Assembly (NCBI GenBank): GCA_002633005.1
Contig: NMRA01000442.1
Coordinates: 1-64,000 of the forward strand
Length of the DNA: 64,000 nt
Direction of reading: 5' to 3'
Origin: Phoronis australis
Taxonomy: Eukaryota; Animalia; Phoronida
Shown: positions 52,801-64,000 of the stretch, piece after piece
Position numbering within the stretch: position 1 is the first letter of the stretch
How the letters are laid out: each line of letters starts with the position of its first letter
The notes under the pieces: model-generated
What the model was told of the DNA's origin: nothing
Seen by the model: only the letters and a program-made list of their open reading frames with translations
Database searches by the model: none
Translations under genes and position numbers: made by a program

Positions 52801-55800
52801 CTTTATACACCTCGTGGAACAGACTGTTTAAAGTGCCAAGACCCGGTCACAGAAGGTGGTCGATTTACTGGGTTCACTACAAAAAATCTCCGAGGAATTA
52901 ATGTTTGGTTGGCTGCTGGTACCACGTTGGACTGACGGAGAGATCATTCAGAATAAGGTGACGGCTGTATGTTACAGAACCCTCTTGATTTCATACTTGC
53001 CATAAATGTGATTAGTGAGTTCCTTCTCAGCGTCTCTGAACTGCGACGGCAATGCCGGCACCAAACTTTCCACCAGCTTCCATATCATGTAGTTACGAAG
53101 CGTGCTGAAATGACAGAAAGGAACCTTCAGATGTTTTGTACATGTAGTTATTTTGCGGATTCATATGGGATGGATGCTTTAATGAATACAAAAGGCAGAG
53201 TGAATTACGTGAACAAAGTGAATCATGTTATTTTGGCATGCTTTTTTGTTTATTGGTACCCAATTGTACCTGTGAAGCATTAGTTGTGAGGTCGGTGCTC
53301 TTGTCAAGTCAGGATGGAGCCAATTACTCGACCTCTTTATACTTAACTGAACTTGAAATAATCATTTTATACTTGGTGTTCGTGTTTGCACTCTATAGTC
53401 AGAAGTCGTCAGCATGGCGTGAATATTACTTCCACTTAATCAGAACAGTCTGAGTTGGATCCCTCTGTAGTGCACAGTGTCACGCTTGTGCTAGAACATG
53501 AATCGGGCGCAAAGTGTTCATAACTCTACGCCCGTTTCACACACACACTCACGGAATATACTCCATATCCGATGACACAATACCAATCTCAGTGATCAAT
53601 TTACTCGCCCAGATACGACTTATGTTCTCCATGTCTGGGCCATTGCCTACATGTAATCGTGCGTGGAGTTCAGGGGCGCGAACTTGAGATATGTTGTACA
53701 GGGGGTTTGGTATCTACTGGTTTGAGACTGGCTTTTATAGTATTCTAAATGTACGGTAATTTAGGGGCCCAGACTGTAAGCACACCGAGAAGAATTCAGT
53801 TGTAGATTTTGGGTGCCGCGTTTGCGCTTTGTTTAATATTTTATTCTTTGAGGTTAGTTTTACGTATCACTTTGCCGACGCTGCCTGTTATTCACGGTCT
53901 TGGCCCCGTTCCAAGAAACTGGTTTAAGTTCAGTTTCGACTTCATTCTAAGATTTGTCTCAATTTCCGAACTTTGAAACTTCCACACCCAGTAAGTTAGT
54001 CATAGTTAAGGCAAAATTTAATTAAAACTTAAGGTATCATTCCTGAAATAGACTTAAGACACATTTAACCTTTTTTTCTTAAAATTGACTGAAATTTAAG
54101 ATTTGTCTAAGCTAAGTTAGTGTCCTTAGTACTAATCCATTGTCTTTTTCAAGGTTCAGCTATGCTCTGTAAACACAAAATGGGTGCAAAGTCGGCGAAT
54201 TTGCAGTCTTCACAAAAAATAACATACGAAGTAAGCGTAAGTAAGGTTGTGTTACTATATTTTCTTGCTTATCAAATCTGACCGAAGAACCATTACCAGT
54301 GAATTGTCTACAATTCTTTGCTTTAAAACTCAGACCCTGTTTAAAAAGTGTATTCCAAAAAGCAGCTGCGTAAACACAAGGTGGGTGCAAAGTCGACGAA
54401 TATTGCAGTCTTCACAAAAAATAACATACAATGTAAGATTAAGTAACGTAGTTTTTCTAAATTTAAATAATCTTGCTTAGTTTGTACACACGTCAACTCT
54501 GACCAGAGAACTAATCATAACAAATGAAATATTCACACTTTTCGCTTTAAAACAAAGAACACAGTTAAAAATGTATTCCAGGAAGTATCAAAAAAAAATT
54601 CTTGTGACTTACTTGATTCCTTCTTCAGTTTTCATGGTATTTGTTAGAAGGCGATTCATTCCACAGAAGTAAGGCGGAGCAATAACAACGATAACGGTGT
54701 ATGCACTGATACTGTAGCCAGGCAGCGCCACATTGAAATAGTCCAGCCAGTCAATCTTTAAAGTTGGGGAGAAGTATAAAAATCCAATTTTAGACAAACA
54801 CCGGCGCTAGATAGACACGGGAAATTACAAAAATTCTGTACAAACAAGTAGCTAGGTCTAGAATTGGCAGTCTTTTCACACTGTTTCGCCGGTGTAATGA
54901 GCACGCGAGTCTGGGAGAGATGGAAACCAAGGGCTTTCTATTCATTCTGAACATCTTTTGATGGCATGATACACTGTATAGTATTCTCGGGCAAATCTGG
55001 TAGAATAAATAAGGAACATTTAATTGATGGTTAGAACTGCCTTTAATGAGATTTAGTAGTTTTTTATCTAGGAGTGAACGATAATGAATTGTCAGACATA
55101 CGAACATTTATATACTTACCGCTGGAGCCTTAGCAGACAATTGTTTAATGGTCATTTTTTCGTAGCCACTTGATTGCGTAAAACGCCACGGATAGCACGC
55201 ATATTCGTCGCTTAGACTCACCTAAATCAAAGGTACTCTCTTGTATTATACTAGCACAAATGCACATCATTCTTCACTGTCTTATGCCGAGTCTCTCTTG
55301 CAATTTCAAAACTTCATCCAACCCCATGCAATAATTGTCTTGTTTTTTGGAGCTTTTTACTCCCAAATCCTTCCATCAGATATTGTCTATTTTACATTGC
55401 GCTGAGTCATAATAAATCACTATGATACATTCTTGCCAACCACCAGGTTCATTTTGAACTCTGGAAACAGAGCTGGAGACACACTAATTTCTACGTCTCA
55501 TATGTCAAACATCAAGTTCGTCACCATTCATTGTGGTCTCCAAATGCTCTCAACCTTTTCAGCGGCATGACAAGTCACAAGATGTCAGACGGCGAGAACA
55601 TTAAAAATTCAAGGCAGTTTCAATAAATCCCACAGCCCCACCTCAAATTCAAGCCTTGAAGTCCCTAGCGGTTCTCAGGAGTTTTTGACAACGCCATTCT
55701 GAGACTTTTTTGCTAAACAATTAAATAGACCAGACGTCACCAAAATGACATTTTCTGAAATGAACGTACTAATTTCTCACTAATCTGTGATTTGGTATAT

Positions 55801-58800
55801 CACGATACAAGTTGTTCAGGGGATCAACTTGGAATTGGTCGGCCATTTCTGCTTTTGAAAAATTTAAATTTGAAGTTGAAGATAGAACGCTGGGTGGTAT
55901 TTTATTTGATGGGATCTGGTAACGGCAAGGTATAAGTCACGCAGGGGGTAACGTTGTTCATAGATGAAGAACCCCACTAGAGTTTCGTTTTCCGCCGTGT
56001 GGTGCCAGTCACATCAAGGCTTCCGTAACACCTCATTTTTATTCGAAGCCTGCAAATTGTATCATGGAATTGTAACAGTAAAGAAATTTCGTCAACAGAC
56101 ATTAAAAATCATGGATATTACCTCGTCACAAAAGAAGGCATTCTTTGTTTTGGTAGACACAATATTTGCTGTTGGCTCATTATTTCGCAGACATGAAGCA
56201 CATCCGACTTATAATTTGAGAGTACAAAAGTACTCGAAATGTCATGAATGCCATCAGTGGTGTTTTATATCAGTGAACTTAAATTTTAACAGCAAGTTGT
56301 GAAGAATGCCACACACTCCATTGTGCAATCCTTGTGGTAACAGTCTTTGAACATGGGCAGATGTGAAACACCCCCGAAGTGATATTTGAGGCTATGAACA
56401 TACCCAAGGAGTTGCAAACGAATTTGAGGCAACAAAACCACCAGAGGCGTTTTGGACGACAAGGCCAAGGTACTTTTTAGTACGAACACGAGTGGTAGCC
56501 AACATAGGGCCACGTCACACAGATATAGATTTCAATACAATTTGGAAAACAGGAGTAAATGACTCAGAACCACCTACGCGCTGCACTATCTGAGTAAAAG
56601 CATTGTCCGGTTCGTGGCTTGCTTTGGCTAAAATTTCCCATGCTACCCGTCCTCACTCGGTTTCACCAAGATATCAAGACGGTGTCGGACTTTCTGATAA
56701 CAAATTTGTTGTGGCAGGGTTTTTAAATGGAATCCTTATCAAACAAGTACTTACTTTAGCCAGCTTCATTTCAAATTCTATAAGCTTCAAGAATTGCTCA
56801 TTGTTTCTTGATGGCGGTACTCCAAGAAGTTCACCTATTCTAGTCATATAATCCAGGAGTGAACGAAGGTGCTGGAATTGAATCAAACGACTGATGAGCG
56901 ATTTGAGCGACTGGTTTAGAAAGATACACTTTCTGAAGGTAATCAGTCTTGCGAATAACCAAGAGTGACACATTTATTTTTTTTTGCATTAAATTTAAAC
57001 AAAGGTTGTCAACTGTTACCAGAGAAGTGGACTTGAGAACATGATACAAATTGATTTACCTCATTTTCTTGGATAGTTTCACTTGTGGTGTACCAGCTCT
57101 TTCTCAACTTGAAAGTTGCCGGCCTTACCTGAAAATTGCACGACATACAAATTACTATCTTTACGGCAAGACCTGGAGTCAAACTTGCCAGATTCGCAAA
57201 AAATCGGGTTTTGACGAGGTTACTGTATGTACGAATTTCTAACACTGCTAAAGTATTGTAAAACCGACTGTCATGACTGATCATCAGGAAAATCATGTAC
57301 CAAAAGGGGCGTAGACGTAAGAATAAAACCTTACCCCAATTTCGTTTGTTGTCGATTCTTGGACAATCGTCAAACCGAAAAATGGAAATATTGAGTACCG
57401 CGTCACTTGGTGCAAAAGTAAGTTGAGGTCAAACGTCGAAGTATTCCATGTGCCAGAATACGAGTTTACGTTCCATCCGCCCAGAGATCTAAAACCAAAA
57501 TTACTCAGACTAAGATTCACAGGAAGACCTCCAATGAAGGCTTGGAACTTCAACAAATTGACTTTAGTGCTTAATATGATACATAATTAAAAGCAAAGGG
57601 TAGATAGTAATACCAAACTCAGACACCTATATCGAAGGGCCGAGATCCGATCAAATTTTACCTCGAAAACTCCACAACCATTAGATGGCCTAAATGAAGT
57701 AAACAGAACATTTTTCGGCTTAACAACATGTCAACCTTGCATAAAACATCAATGGTGAAACGGATTTACAAAAGGTAATAGCGAACTCCACCGACCCAAG
57801 CGCTTTCACCGTTAACATGTGTCACGTTTCCAGCCCCTTAATTCTGGGGATTTCACCTATGGCGCTGCACTCGTTTTTCAAATGCATTGTGGGGCTTGGA
57901 AACATCTGGTGACACCAGGAGTCTGTTTTTCGAAAAGCCACATGGCTTTTGTCTTTTGACTCCAGCCGGACAGCATAGTCTTTTGCGTTTCCCGAAAAGT
58001 TTTGTCTTCGGTCCACTTCAGCAGACGACGGATATCTGTCGTCTGATTTGGAGTTGTAGACAGAATTTCGTGAAGCAGACTATTAACGCATACGAAGCCT
58101 AATTTTTTGACAAAAGCCAGGGTTTATTCCTTTGTACCTTCACAAAATAAAAATTGGGTGGGCTAGGCTTGATAGCAATGACGAAGACTAAATTGAGAGT
58201 GATTGTCAAAAATGATATTTAGTAGTTCTTTGAAGTTGTTTTGAGTATAGAAGACTAGTACCGACATTTTCTGTAGATAAGCCCATGGGCGTGTGTTCGG
58301 AAAATTTCAGTCGATTAAACAACTCCAAATAAACGCCTGGGTGTTTATTCGGTAAAGAGGGCGTGGGTTTCCTTCTGACTTTCTTATTTTTTTACTTAAA
58401 AAACGAGTTTTTAAATTTTATGTTAATAAATGCATAGTTCGCCAGCACTTCCGTTCTTACAGACGATAAATGCTCCACAAAACTGAATTTGTGACTAAAA
58501 GTTGACGCTTAGTGGGCTTTTAAGAGGAAATTTTCCGAATAAACACCCCATTATATTGGCACTTGACACCAAAAATTGTAACAGCAAGTGTGCGTTTATT
58601 CGGCATACGTTTCCGAAGAATCGCCCATGGGAGTTTCATCGGATGGGTTTATCTACGGAAAACTTCGGTACTCGTCTGGTTTCGGCTTGTTTTAGCCCGT
58701 CATTTTAAAAGTACTTCCTTGATAAGACAGGTCATTGCGGCAGTCAGCTTAGACTGAAAACAATCTGCTTGATAATGGAATTTAAGGTTACATTTTGGTG

Positions 58801-61242
58801 TCTCAGAGGGCAAGACTGTTTGCAATCTAGTCTTCGATCTGGCATTAGGACAGTCGTGAACTTTTGATTTTTGGCCAAATAATCAATTTTGTTTGATTTT
58901 GGCATCTTTTTTCCGGTGGACCTACTAAAGCACAAAGTGCTATTGGTCGGTCGCTTTTTGGTGAAAAAAGAACATTGACAATTTCAGCGTAGCACGATGG
59001 GCACCCTTGTTTTCTTTGCCCAAGTCACTGTCTGCGTGGGTTGAACAAAAAGCGAACGGAGTAGCAGATCATTCAGTTCTAAAAGCAAATGAATATGATG
59101 ACTGACATACTATGAATACACTACCACGGCCCTATTTTAATTTAAAAACGCTTTTCACTTTGCGAACAGACTTTGCTAATGTAGGACAAAATTTCGACCA
59201 AACGTAAAAGCATGCCGTAATGGGTTTATACGAAATAATGCATTAGTTTCCTACAAAGAACATAAAAATGCACCATTCGTGGATATTAAGACAAGGGGTC
59301 ATATTTTATCATTAGGGTGCATTGTTTTATTTTATTTTCGAGTAGTAGTTGTTATTTTTTGTACCTTTTCTCATTTTTGACTTCGTGAAGAATTATGTTT
59401 TTGGACGCTTATTCGCATAAATCGACAACGGCCTCCGTCCAGACCTCGATTCCCGTCAGGTGAGTTTCCCAACGGTTATAAATCCAGTCAGTCCTTGGAT
59501 GGGCCGATGGGGTATTTTCGGTGTTGTCAAGGTAAGAGTATAGGTTTGCTTCTAATACGATCAGAGGGGAATTTTCAGTCCAATTTCCTGACTATGATTC
59601 AACAGCCCTAGATATGACCAGCACCAAGGAATGTGTGGCACTTCAACTCTGATCTGGTGGCGCATGTCTCGAAAATCTTTGTGCAGTATACTTATAAATC
59701 TGCGTTTTGACATATTCGGCCTTTTGTTTTTGTATGCTAGTTGTGAGGTTTTAACTGCACCAAACTGTTTAGTGGAGGCGCGCTTTCAATTCTGACGCAC
59801 AGAAGTGAAAAATGATATTTCCCGTCGCATTGTTCACGTCACCAGGTCATCTCACATGTTAGCAGATGATTAAAACCAGAGAAAAGTCCTACAGTGAATT
59901 TGGGAAAACACGAACTCGAGTTGTGACAATCAAGTCATTGGCTGAAGCCACAGTGTGTGTCACTCACCGGATTAAATCTAGCATGGACTGGGTTCCGCGT
60001 TTTTGCGCCGTTCCACTTTCATCCATACACGACGTGTACAGTTTCTTAGCTTTCTTTTCTGCTTCACTCTTAAAGGTGTCGTACGGCTTTCCTGGAAAAT
60101 GCATTGAGTGTATGTAATACAGCAATATTAGTTTCTTTGTCCGGGAATGAAACCTTCTTTATAATAGCCTGAACCAATCTTTATGATTAAGTTACACTGT
60201 CTCGAAATATCAGTCTGTCATCTCTCGTATTATGACGGTGTGATGGTGTTCTCAAGCGATGTAGCCCGGTTTTCTGGTACACTCTTGGTCTTCAATGATG
60301 AGAATCCTTTTCGGAATTTTCAAAATTTCCCTTGCCAAACTCCGACTTGAAATATGGTTCTTTCGTCTGTCGGTTTCGCACTGTGACCACTGGAGTCACA
60401 ATGCTCGCCCTTCTATGTAGACATAATTATACCTTCTTTTGCCGTTTCTCAGACTATGATATCACTGTATCACCACCTCAAAGTGGTTGTGGGAAGCCAA
60501 AGAATGAGAACTTAATTTGTGTTGTATCATGCGAGATTTCCCATCTCCCAGAAAACGAAAACATTTGGAGAGAGAATTGCTTTCCGGTGGCGTGCGAACT
60601 TTAAAGCGAAAGAAACGTTAAAATTCATTTCTGGCGCCTAATACCAAAATTCTTCCAGTAATCACTTGCACACAGTGCCTCGGTGGTATTTTCTTAAGAC
60701 ATTTGATTTGTACAACTCACTTAAAAGAACCGATAGTTTCGATGTTAGATTAGCTCATGTGTAAACTGATTACAAAACGTTACATGAGTTTAACCATTCT
60801 TCTCTAGTATATTCTGGCTTACTAGATTACATGACAACATAAAAAGTAAAAATTGATGACAGTGGAATTAGCATATTTAAGGTGACACGGCGACAAACTA
60901 CAGTGGAAATGTTTCCATCAAAAATTACGGCTTACTAAGACAAACGCAACCTCTCACCTAGAGCCTTCTTTATAACCAGATGATTTCTTTCCAGAAGGGC
61001 GTCAAACGAATTCCAACGGGACCGTCCTGGTGGTATAGGGTGTGATTTGATCCAGCCTCCGCATGCGTACTGATAGAAGTCGTCGCACGGGTTTACTGTG
61101 GGATCCATGGCGTCCAAAATGGAGCCAGCAACTGAGGTACAGGCAGGAGATGTGCAGTATTTCTCAGCCGAGTCAGGTATATGTACATGAGTATTCCCTG
61201 CCCCTGCATCTCCCGTGCTAGGTGCTTGAACATGTGAATTCC
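40862..61242 (-). CDS. M13 family zinc metallopeptidase (neprilysin/ECE-like), copy B; 19 exons, ectodomain, upstream exon(s) not located
   Basis: Exons: 61242-60958, 60091-59968, 57488-57335, 57128-57060, 56871-56755, 55221-55120, 54755-54613, 53104-53001 (GC donor), 51864-51746, 51265-51167, 49722-49645, 48378-48278, 47169-47059, 45390-45323, 44639-44560, 43631-43566, 42751-42656, 42220-42144, 40961-40862. Exons 2-19 are the same length as in copy A. Same catalytic motifs; ends [13 protein letters not shown]. Confidence 0.94.
45323..45390 (-). CDS. Copy B exon 14 (HEXXH)
   Basis: [22 protein letters not shown], inside ORF 45165..45449. Confidence 0.95.
46831..46853. other. Poly-C tract with a 4-base assembly ambiguity (NNNN at 46845-46848)
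   Basis: Directly visible. The mirrored site in A (~25948) has only a short G run. Confidence 0.95.
48720..49636. mobile_element. Same THAP transposon remnant in copy B
   Basis: ORF 48860..49138 [54 protein letters not shown] is a decayed THAP. ORF 49158..49586(-) contains [12 protein letters not shown]. Confidence 0.55.
60958..61242 (-). CDS. Copy B exon 1
   Basis: atgacag|[70 protein letters not shown]|gtgag. Confidence 0.85.
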
Positions 61243-63426
61243 CTGTCATTATAAATATAGTGACGATAATGTTGACGTACAGGCAAGAGTTGTGCAATAT
61301 TTCTCAGGTGAGGTAGGTACATGTGTATTGCCTGACCCTTTACAGATGGTAGCAATAGTATGACGTGTGAGTGTAGGAGAACTTGTGCGTAACTCGTTAT
61401 AAGCAGTGTGTGTGTGTAACTAAATTCACGTAGGCGTACACACACACGTTTCCCAGACTTAAAAGCTTTCGCAAGAATACGTGCACGTGAACGTGCATAT
61501 CTACGTGTAGATGCACTATGACTGGCTTGTAACTAACATTATCGAACTCCGGGGGGAGAGACAACGGTTCCTCTCTCCCGGTCAGCACCAATACAATGTC
61601 CACTTATACTCCCACTACCTTGCGATTTCAAGTAATGTAAATATGAATGTTATGTAACAGGGAAAGCACAGTTGTCAAGATTCAAGAACGAAAAAAACGA
61701 CACAGCCGGTTCGAAAAAGCTGGACATTTCGATAAAGTGCAGGTCTTCCTGGTCCACGCCCAGTGCCGGATCTAGGAGTTTAAACCCCCCTTGGGCCAGG
61801 ACCCCCAAAAAAAAAAAACAAAAACGTATCCAGCAAAACAAAAACGGCACCGCCATCGTGTGTAAGCCCCAAGTAAACCAACTATGAAAAAATTGTGGGG
61901 GGTTCACTCTGAAAATATAATTTTTTGCATTGTAAATTGCTATTATGAAAATCAACATACTTCGAGTATCCGTGGCTCATCGGCAAGACGCGCGAAGATC
62001 AATTGCGCGCGCGCTTCCGTCGACACTTCTGAAGTAGCCAAACATTTTAGATGGATCCACCGCTGAAAGAGCAGCCCTATAGTTCATTTCTTTAGGTAAG
62101 CTTCTTTACTCTAAGATATGGTTTGATTTGATTAGGGAAAATACTATGGTGCCGCAACCCTGATATTCAGGCGAACTGACTGTCATGCTATTACACTCCA
62201 CACGTTTGTAACTCAAATTTGACTGGTGTATAGGAAAATTGTCTTGCACAATATCATACAGTGTACATGTACATGTAATATTTTTGAAAAAAATCGTTTT
62301 CCGAAGAATTGCTATTGTGGCGGCCGCCGTGGTCTGGTCGCCAGTCCGTTTGAAGATGCACTTTAACAAGTTATGTCTACATGTATACAAAGAGTGACCA
62401 AGGGGGCACTCACACTGACAAAGTGACCGCGCATTCGCGAAAAGTGTACAGTTCCAGAAATTGCGGGGAGGCTGTACAGCAAAGTCTTGCGGGACTCGTG
62501 CGATGTTCAATAGGCCTCTTAAGGAGCCCTAGTTCCGACCTCAATACCTACCGTCTGTCTACCTGCAATAAGCACCACTGCCGTCTTCTACACTGGGAAT
62601 TTCCGCAGAAAGGCCCACCCGATGAAACGCCCATGCCTATGGGCATTTATTTGATGTTAGTACTTCGGGTTTCAAGCGTTCAGACATGGAGACGTTTATT
62701 CTTAAAAATGGCAACAGATGCAAATAGGTCCTGGGATACAACGTCTAGGTTTGAAGTAGTTCATGATGAACGGATCAAATTTAGTTGCGCATGTAAGTCT
62801 TTTGAAAGGACTTGGCAACCTCAGGGGGCTTAGTGCCAACTGAGCTGCGAAACGAGATGCTGACATTATACATGTAGAAGCTTACAAGCTCATTGACACA
62901 GCAGTTGACGAAGTGCAAGCGTTGGGAACAAACATCGAAGATGTCTGGGTAGAATGGTTCCAAGACGATATACTGATTCCTCGGCAGTCCAGACAACATA
63001 AGGATAGGACTAATGTTCCTGGAGAAACACCCAGCTAATAACTTACAATTCTACACAGTTTGTACGGTTTTTTATGCTTGTGTACAGTGAAAACGAAATA
63101 GGGATTATTTGTGGTCATGCCAAATTTACCCAGTACAGCAGAGGGTCTACGAGCGCACAGAAACTGATTCTGGTTTGTAGGCTATTTCTACTTGGCTCTT
63201 TCTGCTTCATATCCGAAATCTATTTCACGTAGTGCGTAGTTAAATTTGTACTCAGTACTTGTTTCTTCCAGTGAGTACTACAGAACGGTGCGAAAACCCT
63301 TCCGAGACAACCTCCCGTAGCTGAGTTGACCACCTGTTGTGTAAAATACACGTATGAGCAATCACTGGGGATTAAAAAGTGTCTAGAGAGAAGTTTTCAA
63401 TTCAAAAATTTTTGCATAGTACACTT

Positions 63427-63745
63427 TAGGTCTCGCGACGGACCAGGCCAGCTTGATTTGCGTAGATATTGAGTTCCAGTGTACTTCTGGTCCCTCGGCG
63501 AACTAGTCTTGTGATGTTTTTTACCAAAGTGTACTTTGTAAAACTGTTTATCTCAGCCAGCAGTGTTTGGTCCCGCGAGAGATCGACTATTTTTATAGGG
63601 ACAATAAGCACAGGTGAACTTTTGGTTTCGTGACGGACCAGGCGAGCCTTTTTCTGTACTCTCAGTGTACACCTGGTCCCTCTGCGAACTGGTCCTGTAT
63701 ACCTTTTCACCACGGTGTACAGAATGTTTTGGTTTCGTGAAACTG
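63427..63745. repeat. Degenerate tandem/satellite-like repeat (~195-bp higher-order unit built from ~60-80-bp subunits)
   Basis: GGTCTCGCGACGGACCAGGC / GGTTTCGTGACGGACCAGGC and CAGTGTAC..CTGGTCCCTC.GCGAACT.GTC each recur about 195 bp apart. Confidence 0.65.
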
Positions 63746-64000
63746 TTTTCAGGTGATTTGTTTCTTGGTACGTTTGACGTTTTTTAAGTGTTGTGAACGT
63801 GATTCAGCTTAATAAAGTGATATCTAATTGTTTATTGTCGCTTTTAGTAATAGACTAAGAGCTGAGAGCACCATAGTTCGCCATTTTTTCTCGTAACGAG
63901 ACAGAGCTCATGTTTATTTCCGAAATAACAGTGCAGGTCTTCGTTCTTAAACAACTTGAGGCTGATGTTACGCTATCATCTGATATTCAAGTTTCACGCC

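Larger units (their letters stand above)
37519..61380 (-). repeat. Right arm of the large inverted segmental duplication
   Basis: Inner end ATTCGGTCACTCGCAGGATTATAAT (37519) mirrors ATTATAATCCTGTGAGTGATCGAAT (ending ~36606). Homology continues out to ~61380. Confidence 0.93.

Noticed and set aside
62106-62999. ORFs of 134, 150 and 72 aa upstream of copy B as genes or as its first exons
   Set aside because: No recognisable domain, TM segment or convincing splice sites.
1-64000. Prokaryotic systems (CRISPR array, operons, defence islands)
   Set aside because: Spliceosomal introns, eukaryotic TEs and low coding density; no repeat-spacer array seen.

Overview
This is eukaryotic DNA (intron-rich, AT-rich, invertebrate-like), so most entries in the ORF track are noise. 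About 57 kb of the window is one large, diverged inverted duplication, with arms at ~4.1-36.6 kb and ~37.5-61.4 kb and a ~0.9 kb spacer. Each arm carries a 19-exon M13 zinc metallopeptidase (neprilysin/ECE-like) ectodomain gene. Copy A is on + (~6944-33218) and copy B is on - (61242-40862), arranged tail-to-tail. Exon lengths and phases match for exons 2-19, and the catalytic motifs are intact ([24 protein letters not shown]-terminal CxVW). The substrate-binding features are unusual: VNAFY is VDAHY, GENIAD is HENIAD, the DGNL..WW segment is missing, and there are two extra Cys. Between the two 3' ends each arm also holds an older pseudogenic fragment of the catalytic exons in the opposite orientation, making the locus a nested palindrome. 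No N-terminal cytoplasmic/TM exon was found for either gene, and copy A's 5' end is disrupted. Comparing the arms exposes transposon insertions with their empty sites: a mariner with a nested P-like MITE, a CR1/L2-type LINE, a TPRT retroposon and a hAT-like element. An internally deleted Gmr1-like Gypsy LTR element lies at 201-2721. All alignments and identity figures were made by eye and are approximate.
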